DNA from: Abditibacteriaceae bacterium
Lineage (GTDB): Bacteria > Armatimonadota > Abditibacteriia > Abditibacteriales > Abditibacteriaceae
Direction: 5' to 3'
Length of the DNA stretch: 27,635 bases
NCBI GenBank assembly: GCA_031372065.1
Contig: JANMKN010000066.1
Location: forward strand, 1 to 27,635
The notes beneath the pieces were generated by a model. It searched no databases. It worked only from the letters and a program-made list of their open reading frames with translations, and was not told the origin of the DNA. The position numbers were made by a program, and so were the translations under genes. How positions within the stretch are numbered: the first letter of the stretch is position 1; each line of letters begins with the position of its first letter. This document shows positions 18,227-26,131 of the stretch, piece by piece.

Positions 18227-18456
18227 ATGCACATGGGAAGCGACGGACATGGCGGCTGGGAAAAGCCCATCGTGAACACGATGGGCCTTTGCGTGTCGGC
18301 ATCGGCGGCCCAGTTGGTTTGGGCAAAACGGCGTTTTCGCCGGAATTGGTGGACGTTTATGTGATTGGCGTGGCGCAGGGCGAAAAAATCCCGCGCAAAG
18401 GCGGGCCGGGCATCATGCAATCGGACTTGCTAAGCACCCCAACAAAATTAAATTGA
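18227..18456 (+). pseudogene. ureG: Degenerate urease accessory GTPase gene (frameshift, large internal deletion, truncation)
   Basis: Manual translation from 18268: [55 protein letters not shown]; both halves are UreG signatures; ATG 18227 ([10 protein letters not shown]) is in a different frame. Confidence 0.9.
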
Positions 18457-18476
18457 ACTATAAGCATGGGCATGCT

Positions 18477-18507
18477 ACGGAGCGCGGGCGTCTCGCCCGC
18501 GCTCCGT
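18477..18507. repeat. REP-like perfect GC-rich palindrome (14-bp stem)
   Basis: acggagcgcgggcg-tct-cgcccgcgctccgt. Confidence 0.8.
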
Positions 18508-18538
18508 GCTTCCACTCGCTTTTATGCCAAGGGTGAAC

Positions 18539-18597
18539 CCAGAGCGTAAGCGACGGGCTTAATTGGCTCGGAGAAAAGCCCGTCGCTTACGCTCTGG
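18539..18597. repeat. REP-like inverted pair (22-bp perfect arms, 15-nt spacer)
   Basis: ccagagcgtaagcgacgggctt ... aagcccgtcgcttacgctctgg. Confidence 0.8.
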
Positions 18598-18772
18598 CTT
18601 GCAAGTGATGCAGGACGACACCAAAAAGATGCGCGGCGATTTGCCGTTAGCCGGACAATTGGCGCATCGCGGCAATACCATCCCCAAACGCTCGAATTAA
18701 ATTGCTTCATAGCAGCGCCGAGAACCCCCTTATACTCTCCTTACTTTCTTCGGAAAGAATAAAGGAGGAAAA

Positions 18773-19798
18773 ATGAAACATGGGAAACTGGCAGCGCTCG
18801 GCCTTTTGGCTTTGGCGACTGCCCCACAAACTGTGTTGCGCGCCGCCGATGAAGCGGCGCTGACGACACGCTTCACTTACGAAGCCAACGTGCCCCAAAC
18901 TGAAGGCAACGCGCCGGTGCGCTTATGGGTGCCGTTGCCCTCGGACAGTCAGTGGCAAACGGTCAGCGATGTCGCCATCGAAGGCGGAAAAGCGCTGACG
19001 ACCACCGAAAAGAAATTCGGCAACCGCATGGTGTATTTCGAGGGCGCGGCGCCGTTGAAAGTGAAAATTGCTTTCACGGTGGCGCGCCGCGATGTGCGAG
19101 TGCTTTCGCCCGGTGGCGAAATTTCGGTGGCGAAACCAAAGTGGTTCAAAACCACGCTGCGAGCCGATGCCAAAGTGCCAGTCGGCGGCAAATGGCAAGA
19201 CCTCGCCCGGCAAATCGCGGGCGATAACACCGACGCGACCGGGGAAATGCGCGCCTTTTTTGATAACGTCGTGGCGACGATGCAATACGATTACAAAAAA
19301 GAATCGCCCAAACTCGGCGACGGCGATGTGGCGTTTGTTTGCGACTACAAAAAGGGCAACTGCTCGGATTTGCATTCTTACATCATCTCACTGGGCCGCA
19401 GCGTTGGCGTGCCGGCAGTGATTGAATATGGCTTTCCGATTACCGGCATTCCTGTGGACGAGCCGCTGAAAAGTGAAGGTAAAATCGGCGGCTATCATTG
19501 CTGGACGTGGTTCAAAGACCCGCAAACCGGCTGGATTCCCTTGGATGCCTCCGATGCGCGCCGCTGGCTCGACAAAGAGCGTCCCGATATGCGCAATTTC
19601 TTGTTTGGCAACCTTGTCACGCCGCGCGCCGCCGTCACGATGGCACGAGGCCGCGATATTAATTTGGTGCCGTTACAAAACGCCGCACCGCTGAATTACT
19701 TCATTTATCCGTATGCCGAAAGCAACGGAGCGCCGACCAAAGCCGAGTGGACGATGACTTACAAACTGCTCGGTCAGGCCGCAAGCGCCAAACCATGA
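18773..19798 (+). CDS. Secreted transglutaminase-like domain protein
   Basis: AAGGAGG RBS; signal peptide MKHGKLAALGLLALATA; RLWVPLP; catalytic triad motifs GNCSD, YHCW, WIPLDAS. Confidence 0.9.
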   Translation: MKHGKLAALGLLALATAPQTVLRAADEAALTTRFTYEANVPQTEGNAPVRLWVPLPSDSQWQTVSDVAIEGGKALTTTEKKFGNRMVYFEGAAPLKVKIAFTVARRDVRVLSPGGEISVAKPKWFKTTLRADAKVPVGGKWQDLARQIAGDNTDATGEMRAFFDNVVATMQYDYKKESPKLGDGDVAFVCDYKKGNCSDLHSYIISLGRSVGVPAVIEYGFPITGIPVDEPLKSEGKIGGYHCWTWFKDPQTGWIPLDASDARRWLDKERPDMRNFLFGNLVTPRAAVTMARGRDINLVPLQNAAPLNYFIYPYAESNGAPTKAEWTMTYKLLGQAASAKP

Positions 19799-19835
19799 TG
19801 TAACTCAGCGGGCCGTGCGTCCGCACTGCCAATTT

Positions 19836-19874
19836 AAAAGCCGCTTCGATGAAATATTCTCGAAGCGGCTTTTT
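19836..19874 (+). terminator. Intrinsic terminator after the transglutaminase-like gene
   Basis: aaaagccgcttcga-N10-tcgaagcggctttt followed by T. Confidence 0.85.
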
Positions 19875-19920
19875 GGTGTTTTTGGATGCTGGATGCTTGT
19901 TTCTTGATGCCAAGAAGCGT

Positions 19921-20151
19921 GCAAACGTGATTTACCCTCGCGCAAAAGACATTTACTCTCGCGCAAAAGACATTTACCGTTGCGCAAAAGAGATTTACCG
20001 TCGCGCAATAGACATTTACCGTCGCGCAATAGGCATTTACCGTCGTGCAATGGGCATTTAGCGTTGCGCAATAGGCATTTACCCTCGCGCAAAAGAGATT
20101 TAACGTCGCGCAATGACGACTTACGTTCGCGCAATGGGCATTTAGGCGTGC
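19921..20151. repeat. Array 2: 11 contiguous degenerate 21-bp units (consensus about GCAAWAGRCATTTACCGTCGC)
   Basis: gcaaaagacatttactctcgc, gcaaaagacatttaccgttgc, gcaatagacatttaccgtcgc, gcaataggcatttaccctcgc and others at exact 21-bp spacing with no indels. Confidence 0.95.
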
Positions 20152-20185
20152 GCAAGGCGGAAAATAACTCAGAAAAATAGGCCTC

Positions 20186-20215
20186 TTGCCATTGTCTGGG
20201 GTATTTACTTAAAAT
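20186..20215 (+). promoter_or_regulatory. Putative sigma70 promoter between array 2 and its downstream gene
   Basis: TTGCCA (20186-20191), N18, TAAAAT (20210-20215). Confidence 0.55.
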
Positions 20216-20244
20216 AGGAATAATTTCCGTGAGGAGTGCCCCCT

Positions 20245-20970
20245 ATGCAAGACAAATTTACCAACCGGCTGGTGATGTTCAATGCCGCGAAGACAACGCT
20301 GAATGAACCGCAGTTTAAAGGCGTATGGTTTGAGCAAGAGCCGGAGATGTTCGCCACCAAAGTGGCACAGATGACGCAGGCGTTGACCGATTTGGAATTG
20401 TTTTATCAACGTCAAGGCAGCGCGATTACCGGCGTGACGCAAAACAAAACGCGCGAAGAACGCGAAGCCGTTGCGGTAGCCTACGCGGTGGCGGGCTTTT
20501 TGGTGGAGTATTTTGAGGAAGCGGGCGACGAAACCAACGCGGCGAAAGTCCGCTTTTCGCTCCACGATTTGCGCCGCCTACGCGACCCGGAGGCTGTTGC
20601 CAAAATGCGCGAAGTGCGCAATTTGACGCGAGGCCTCGTTGAAAACGTTGACCCTGTAATCGTGACCAAAGCGGCCAAATACGGCATCACCGAAGCGCGT
20701 TTGACCTCGGTTCACAAAGAAGTCGAAGAATTTGCCGCTGTTGTCGCCGCGCCGCAATCGAGCATTTCGCAACGCGCCGCGCTGACCAAACAAATGCGTG
20801 ACCGCTTCAACGCCGTCGAAGCCTTGTTTGTCTCGCTGGACAGATTAGTTCTGAACTTTGACGACAGCGCCGCCGGTCTCGCCCTGATTGCCGCCTACCA
20901 AGCCTCCCGCGTCATCCACGACGCCGGACACGGCCCCAGTAGCGCGACAAACACGCCTGCCACGCCGTAA
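20245..20970 (+). CDS. Hypothetical 241-aa alpha-helical protein downstream of array 2
   Basis: GAGGAG at 20231-20236 before ATG 20245; amphipathic helical pattern, YGIT motif, ends GHGPSSATNTPATP; followed by a terminator. Confidence 0.88.
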   Translation: MQDKFTNRLVMFNAAKTTLNEPQFKGVWFEQEPEMFATKVAQMTQALTDLELFYQRQGSAITGVTQNKTREEREAVAVAYAVAGFLVEYFEEAGDETNAAKVRFSLHDLRRLRDPEAVAKMREVRNLTRGLVENVDPVIVTKAAKYGITEARLTSVHKEVEEFAAVVAAPQSSISQRAALTKQMRDRFNAVEALFVSLDRLVLNFDDSAAGLALIAAYQASRVIHDAGHGPSSATNTPATP

Positions 20971-20986
20971 ATGCGTAAACATCAGT

Positions 20987-21024
20987 AAAAAGCGCCCCAC
21001 GAAAATTCTCGCGGGGCGCTTTTT
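20987..21024. terminator. Intrinsic terminator, probably bidirectional
   Basis: aaaaagcgcccc...ggggcgcttttt. Confidence 0.88.
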
Positions 21025-21161
21025 GAATCGGAGGCAACGTGGGCGTGGAAAATGTGTCTAAAAAAGCACTTCACTTTTCAGGCGCAACAATAATCTCTGA
21101 CCGCAGCCAATAAATCACAATGATGCCCACCGCACTTGAATGTTTGAAGTAAAATAACAAC

Positions 21162-21224
21162 CAGCTTATCTACCACGCGTAGAAAAAGTAACGAAAACGC
21201 CTTCCATTTTGGGGAGGCGTTTTC
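21162..21224 (-). ncRNA. Putative structured 3' RNA element after the DUF3800 operon (long hairpin plus short hairpin); may be only a terminator
   Basis: - strand: GAAAACGCCU-CCCCAAAAUGGA-AGGCGUUUUC GUUACUUUU UCUAC-GCGUG-GUAGA UAAGCUG. Confidence 0.4.
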
Positions 21225-21235
21225 TGTTTGTGAAT

Positions 21236-21754
21236 TCAGGGTGGCGCTTGCCCTTGTGCTTTCCAATAGGCTAAAAAGTCTCGCTCCTGTTTATCGCGCT
21301 GATGGCGGTATTGAATTAAATAAGCAGTCCATAACAAGAAATAGTCGGGGCGCTCATCCAAAACCACCAAGTAACTGAAATCGCGCGGCGCAATCAATAA
21401 TCGCGTTTTTCCTTTGCGCTCATTACGCCACCAAATTACCTCTGGCCTGCCATTATCCAAAGCCTCGACTAAAGCGCGCGGCCACAAGATTCGCTCACAG
21501 CGTCTTAAATCGGGAGTGCGCTCCACCTCAATATTCCCCTCACTCACGCAATGCCAAAAAGTCGCTTCTTTGTTATCGAAAAGCGGATGGCGTTTGAGGC
21601 GGAAAACTTTATCCAACAAAACCGGCGAAGACAAAACCCAATCATCCATAAAAAGTTGATAGACCGCTTCGACGTAATCGTTCCAGCGCCCACCGTAGTG
21701 AGTTAAAAGGCAGAGTTCTGGAAGCCAATCAGGAGCATAATTTGAGTCTGTCAT
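21236..21754 (-). CDS. Hypothetical protein partnered with DUF3800; possible RelE/BECR-fold RNase
   Basis: 172 aa; ATGA overlap with the DUF3800 stop; ATFWHCVSEG, DLRRCERILWP, C-terminal YLVVLDER...LLWTAY; the fold is an inference. Confidence 0.8.
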   Translation of the reverse strand: MTDSNYAPDWLPELCLLTHYGGRWNDYVEAVYQLFMDDWVLSSPVLLDKVFRLKRHPLFDNKEATFWHCVSEGNIEVERTPDLRRCERILWPRALVEALDNGRPEVIWWRNERKGKTRLLIAPRDFSYLVVLDERPDYFLLWTAYLIQYRHQRDKQERDFLAYWKAQGQAPP

Positions 21755-22494
21755 CCCAATGGCTCCCGACCTTGATTTTCAGCGCCCCAATTGCCACTGG
21801 CAAGCGGCGACCAATGAAATAAATTCACTTTGCGCGCCCGAAGTAAAGTGGAACGTGTTAATTGATAGCCGCTGCGTTTGCGTAAGCGTTCGACAAGGGC
21901 TGTTTTCGCCACATTGCTGGTTAAACCTCGATTGGCGTAAGCGATGATGCCGCACAGTAAATCGGCTAACTGAATTTGCTCGACTTGATGCGATTGAACC
22001 TGATGCACGCCCTGTAAAATGCGGCGCTCGAAATCCCACATATTGTTGCATAAAACGTCATGCAAACTTTGGATTTTCGGGCCGCCGCGCGTGTCTTTGT
22101 AGTCGACAAAAATGCGATAGCGCGCTTCAGGGTCAAGCAAGGGGTTCAAGAGGTAAAAATACATCTTGTAATACCAATCATCGTGCGATTGGCCGAAACC
22201 GTCGTGCGCAAGGCCGACTTTATCGGCGATGAGGCCGCGAAAATTCAGGTCGTCGTCATCCAAAAAATAATTCAAAACGGCGCTGTAATATTTTTGCTGC
22301 CCCACAGAAACTTTGTTCCACTTGCTTTCAAAATGCGCGGGCAAACCATGCTCAATTTTGATTTCGCGCAAGCGTTCGGCGACTTCGCGCGTTTTGCGCG
22401 TCGGACACCACACCGCGCCTAAAACCATAATCGGTTGATGGTCGTTTTGCAAATGACAACTCTCGTCGCAGTAGATGTTGTAAATACCGTTCAT
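21751..22494 (-). CDS. DUF3800 family protein (predicted RNase H-like fold)
   Basis: N-terminal IYCDESCH, ESKWNKV, IFVD, C-terminal SHQVEQIQLADLLCG; ATG 22494 preferred over GTG 22521. Confidence 0.9.
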   Translation of the reverse strand: MNGIYNIYCDESCHLQNDHQPIMVLGAVWCPTRKTREVAERLREIKIEHGLPAHFESKWNKVSVGQQKYYSAVLNYFLDDDDLNFRGLIADKVGLAHDGFGQSHDDWYYKMYFYLLNPLLDPEARYRIFVDYKDTRGGPKIQSLHDVLCNNMWDFERRILQGVHQVQSHQVEQIQLADLLCGIIAYANRGLTSNVAKTALVERLRKRSGYQLTRSTLLRARKVNLFHWSPLASGNWGAENQGREPLG

Positions 22495-22496
22495 GA

Positions 22497-22610
22497 TTAC
22501 TGGGCGCGGGTGAGTTTCCACAGTTCGGCGATGATGCGGGTTTGCAGTTTTTCGTCAACGGTGCGGGCGCGGGCTTCGCCGGTTTCGTGGAAGGTTTTGC
22601 CGATTTGCAC
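22497..22610 (-). CDS. Small 37-aa ORF (or gene remnant) directly upstream of DUF3800
   Basis: GGAGG (22618-22622) 7 nt before GTG 22610; MQIGKTFHETGEARARTVDEKLQTRIIAELWKLTRAQ*; stop lies 2 nt before the DUF3800 ATG. Confidence 0.55.
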   Translation of the reverse strand: MQIGKTFHETGEARARTVDEKLQTRIIAELWKLTRAQ

Positions 22611-22754
22611 GCCTGCGCCTCCAAAAAGCGATTTGCCCTTGCACTTTGGCTTTGCTTACTTTTTGCTTATTTTCAGTATAACTTACTAATTCGCAGGTCA
22701 ATTTAGCAATTAGCTTTTTAAGACGCCACCACTTTGAGTAACCTTAAAGGCAAC

Positions 22755-23714
22755 ATGAGATTAGGTTTCGCGGTAAAAGTGCTCGGCAAGTCTGGGCTGA
22801 AAAGCAATGATGCGCGGCGCTGGCAAAATGAGCCGCATTTGAAAAATTCCATCGAATTTGTGGACGCGATTTTCGATTATCTTGAAGAACAAAAAATCTC
22901 GATGTATCGTTTGTCCAGCGATTTCGCGCCGTATCTTACACATCCCGATTTGCCGCAGTTTCACAATCAGTTAGTGGAAGCGCGCAGCGAACTGGAAGCG
23001 CTCGGCGCGCGGGCGCGCAAAATGAATTTGCGTATCAGTTTTCATCCGTCGCAATACATTGTTTTGAACGCGCCGAACCCCAAACTGGTAGAAACCTCAA
23101 CGCGCGATTTTTTGGTGCAGGCGCAAATGCTGGACATCATGGAACAAGGCCCGGAAGCGGTTGTTGTCACGCACGTTGGCGGCGTTTATGGTGAGCGCGA
23201 TGCGGCGCGGCAGCGTTTTATAGATCATTTTAAACTTTTGCCCGAACCGGCGCGGCGGCGTTTGGTGTTGGAAAACGATGACACGTCGTGGGGCGTGGAC
23301 GACGTTTTGAAAATCCACGAAGCCACCGGCATTCGCTGCATTTTCGATCATCAACATCATTCGTGCATCAATCCAGCGGAACTGTCGCACGAAGACGCCT
23401 GTCGCAAAATTTTGGCGACATGGCCGGACAACGTGCGCCCGAAAATTCATTATTCGTCGCCGCGCTTGGAGCCGCGTATCATCGAACGCCGCGACAAAAC
23501 CACCGGCAAAAAGGTGCAAAACGAAGCGCCGCCTCTGGCCTCGCAGCACGCCGATTATGTGGATGACGCCGTTTTTATACCTTTCGCGCGCAAAGTCGCA
23601 GGCGACGGGCCAATTCCCTTCGATGTGATGTGCGAAGCCAAAGCCAAAGACTTAGCCGTTTTGAAATTGCGCGAAGATTTAGCGCGCGAGGCACCCGAAA
23701 TCGTGGTGGAATAA
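22755..23714 (+). CDS. uvsE: UV DNA damage repair endonuclease
   Basis: MRLGFAV, MYRLSSD, RISFHPSQYIVLN, HVGGVYG, LVLENDD, FDHQHH, PKIHYSSP, HADY, DVMCEAKAKDLA. Confidence 0.93.
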   Translation: MRLGFAVKVLGKSGLKSNDARRWQNEPHLKNSIEFVDAIFDYLEEQKISMYRLSSDFAPYLTHPDLPQFHNQLVEARSELEALGARARKMNLRISFHPSQYIVLNAPNPKLVETSTRDFLVQAQMLDIMEQGPEAVVVTHVGGVYGERDAARQRFIDHFKLLPEPARRRLVLENDDTSWGVDDVLKIHEATGIRCIFDHQHHSCINPAELSHEDACRKILATWPDNVRPKIHYSSPRLEPRIIERRDKTTGKKVQNEAPPLASQHADYVDDAVFIPFARKVAGDGPIPFDVMCEAKAKDLAVLKLREDLAREAPEIVVE

Positions 23715-23763
23715 ATAGGGCGAGGCGAACCATCGGGTGGCGGAAATTATCGAACAACGTATT

Positions 23764-25218
23764 ATGCCGATTTTTGCCTATCAAGCTCGTGACAAAGCCG
23801 GTCTGCGCGTGGCGGGCACGCGCGAAGCGCAAAACCGCGATGCGGCGCTGGAAACTCTGCGCGCCGAAGGGCTTTTCGTCACCAAATTAGCACCTGTTGG
23901 CGAAGCGAAAAACGGCGCGATTCCCGTTCAAGCGGGGCTGGCGTCCTCTTCCAATCAAGTAACTTCCGAAGCGGCTCGTTTGGAAGTGGGCGCAAGCCCC
24001 GCGATGCGCGAAATGCCGCAACGCGAAATGCCGCAACGCGAAATGCCGGCGCAAATGCCCGCCTCTGAAGTTCCCTTTCCGACGCCGGTAACTCTGCCGA
24101 CGACTCCTCTTGTCGCTGCGCCCCTGAAGCCTTTGCAAGTTGAAATACCGCAAGCGCAGGAAGGCTTAAACAAGCCATTGCCAGCGCCTCATCCCACGCC
24201 GACGCAGGCTTTGCTGACCGCCGATGCCAAGCAACTATCGCTGTTTTTTCGGCAAATGCACGCCATGATTCACGCCGGAACTTCGGTGGCGCACGCGTTG
24301 GGTTTGATGGCCGAAAACGCGCCAAATGCGGCTTTGCGGCGCGCTTCGGCGGAAATGTGCGCTCGCACGCAGCGCGGCGAAGAATGGAATCGCGCCATGA
24401 GCGCTTATCCCGGTTTGTTTTCCGAACTCATGGTCGGCATGGTCACAGCGGGCGAACACGGCGGCTTTCTCGAACGTATTTTGCTGCGCCTCGCCGAGTA
24501 TTCCGAGCGCGATTATGAAATTCAACAAACCGTCAAGCGCGAAACGTGGTATCCCAAACTCTTGTTGGTATGTTCGTTTCTGATTCCTTCGGTGGTGCCG
24601 CTGGTTAAAGATGGCTTCGGCGCGTGGTTCGCTTCGATAAAAGGCGTTTTGTTCTTTGCGTTGTTGCTTTTTGTGGGCTGGAAAATTTTGAATAAAGTCG
24701 CGCCGGGCCAACTTTCCAACGGGCCGCAACGCGTGGCGATTGACGAATTCAAATTGCGCTTTCCTTATGCCGGAAAATTTGTGCGCGCTTTGGCCGCCGC
24801 CAAATTTTGTCGCGCCTTGGGCGCCTTGCAGGGCGCTGGCATGGGACTGCATAAAACGATTAATCTGGCTTCCGATGCCTGCGGCAACGAAGCGATGGCG
24901 CGTCAAACGCGGCGCATTATTCATCGCTTGGACAGCGGCGAAAGCCTGACTTCGGCGCTGAAATCTACCGGCCAATTTCCACCGATTGCGCTGCAAATGC
25001 TGGCAACCGGTGAAGCCTCCGGCAGCATCGAAGCGCAACTCGATAAAGTCGCCGATTTTCTCGAAGCGGATGCCGAAACCGCGATTAAGCAATCGGTTCA
25101 AGTGCTGGGTATTGTGATCTTCTTGTTGGTAGCGATTCGCGTCGGCATACAGGTGATCGGCGGCTATACCGGCTACTTCGACAATATCGAAAAGACGGCA
25201 AATGAGTTTTCCAATTAG
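23764..25218 (+). CDS. Type II secretion F / type IV pilus PilC family inner-membrane platform protein
   Basis: MPIFAYQARDKAG, FFRQMHAMIHAG, AGEHGGFLE, YPKLLL, TGEASGSIEAQLDKVADF; two GspF repeats. Confidence 0.93.
   Translation: MPIFAYQARDKAGLRVAGTREAQNRDAALETLRAEGLFVTKLAPVGEAKNGAIPVQAGLASSSNQVTSEAARLEVGASPAMREMPQREMPQREMPAQMPASEVPFPTPVTLPTTPLVAAPLKPLQVEIPQAQEGLNKPLPAPHPTPTQALLTADAKQLSLFFRQMHAMIHAGTSVAHALGLMAENAPNAALRRASAEMCARTQRGEEWNRAMSAYPGLFSELMVGMVTAGEHGGFLERILLRLAEYSERDYEIQQTVKRETWYPKLLLVCSFLIPSVVPLVKDGFGAWFASIKGVLFFALLLFVGWKILNKVAPGQLSNGPQRVAIDEFKLRFPYAGKFVRALAAAKFCRALGALQGAGMGLHKTINLASDACGNEAMARQTRRIIHRLDSGESLTSALKSTGQFPPIALQMLATGEASGSIEAQLDKVADFLEADAETAIKQSVQVLGIVIFLLVAIRVGIQVIGGYTGYFDNIEKTANEFSN
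24007..24051 (+). repeat. Intragenic 15-bp tandem repeat (REMPQ-like x3)
   Basis: cgcgaaatgccgcaa x2 then cgcgaaatgccggcg. Confidence 0.9.
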
Positions 25219-25352
25219 GCTTGGCTGCCAGCATAAAGATCGCCCGAAATCCGATTTTTGCCGCCGTTTCGTGAGATTAGGTATCATTTAACAGAACCCG
25301 CCGATTTTCTCCACGCGGATAGTTGATGGCGCGACGGTTCGCCCTGCTCACG

Positions 25353-26111
25353 ATGTCGCAAGATTATTACGCCATTTTAGAAATCGCGCCCGATGCCGAT
25401 CTGACTGTCATTAAAAGTCAGTATCGAAAGTTGGTGCGGCAATATCATCCCGACATCGCCAGCGATAAAGAAACGGCGCACGCGCGAATGCAACTCATTC
25501 TCGAAGCGTATAATATTTTGTCCGATGTCGAAAAGCGGGCTACTTATGATCGCTCGCGCAATGTCCCGCCCACGCCACGCCCCATCGCCCGCACGGCGAA
25601 TCGCCGCCCGTTATCTGCCGCTCCGTCGGGTGGGCAGCCGCGCAGCACCTACGGCGGGCAAAGTCGCACGGCGCGTGGACAAAACGAGTGGAGCAATCAA
25701 GCGCCCGCTTCGGCTGCGACCAATCCGCGTATGCGTTTGCTCTCGATGGTCTATGACGCGGCCCAATTGCATTTCAAAGAAAGCCGCAGCGACGAAGCGA
25801 TTGCCATTTGCGAGCGGATTATGAAATCCGACGGCAGCAATGCCGAAGCCCCGGCGCTGCTCGGCGATATTTATGCGGATCAAGGCAAAAACGATCTGGC
25901 TTTGGTAATGTATGAACGCGCTATGCGCCGGCGTCCCGACAACTTGAATTATCGTCAGAAATACGAGTCGCTTTTAGGCGCTAAGGGGCATATTGCCGCC
26001 ACCAACAGCCAGCGCAAAGCAAAATCAACAGGGTGCGGCGCCAAAGTGTTATTCTGGCTGCTCCTTATCGCCATGACGCCCTTTATTTGGGATTTCATCT
26101 CCCAACAGTAA
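25353..26111 (+). CDS. J-domain protein with TPR motifs and C-terminal TM anchor
   Basis: DYYAILEI...YHPD...EAYNILSD; TPR-like EAIAICERIM...LLGDIYADQG...ALVMYERAM; hydrophobic VLFWLLLIAMTPFIW. Confidence 0.9.
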   Translation: MSQDYYAILEIAPDADLTVIKSQYRKLVRQYHPDIASDKETAHARMQLILEAYNILSDVEKRATYDRSRNVPPTPRPIARTANRRPLSAAPSGGQPRSTYGGQSRTARGQNEWSNQAPASAATNPRMRLLSMVYDAAQLHFKESRSDEAIAICERIMKSDGSNAEAPALLGDIYADQGKNDLALVMYERAMRRRPDNLNYRQKYESLLGAKGHIAATNSQRKAKSTGCGAKVLFWLLLIAMTPFIWDFISQQ

Positions 26112-26131
26112 AACTCCATAAAAGCTGAATC

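Noticed and set aside
17452..18420. 322-aa antisense ORF, and similar long shadow ORFs such as 24235..25287, 5089..5820 and 137..775
   Set aside because: They lie opposite well-supported genes and have no recognisable motifs, as expected from codon bias in GC-rich DNA
18220..18456. Stop-codon readthrough or selenocysteine fusion of PEPCK to the ureG fragment (same frame across TGA)
   Set aside because: The ureG part is clearly decayed and has its own frameshifted ATG; sharing a frame has a 1-in-3 chance
19921..20151. CRISPR array interpretation of the 21-bp arrays (also 7413-7664)
   Set aside because: Units are contiguous with no unique spacers, and no cas genes are in the window
19805..20180. 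Repeat-derived ORFs (19805..20155 -, 19849..20061 +, 19980..20180 +)
   Set aside because: Several frames are open because the period is a multiple of 3; no convincing RBS. Not called as CDS, though translation is not excluded
22675..22701. TTGACC-N15-TATACT promoter for the DUF3800 operon on the - strand
   Set aside because: Both hexamers are good but the 15-bp spacer is too short to call with confidence
25353..26111. Split DnaJ formed by this J-domain protein and the DnaJ-C-like domain in the kinase
   Set aside because: The genes are 20 kb apart in unrelated contexts and J-TPR proteins are common; nothing in the sequence links them
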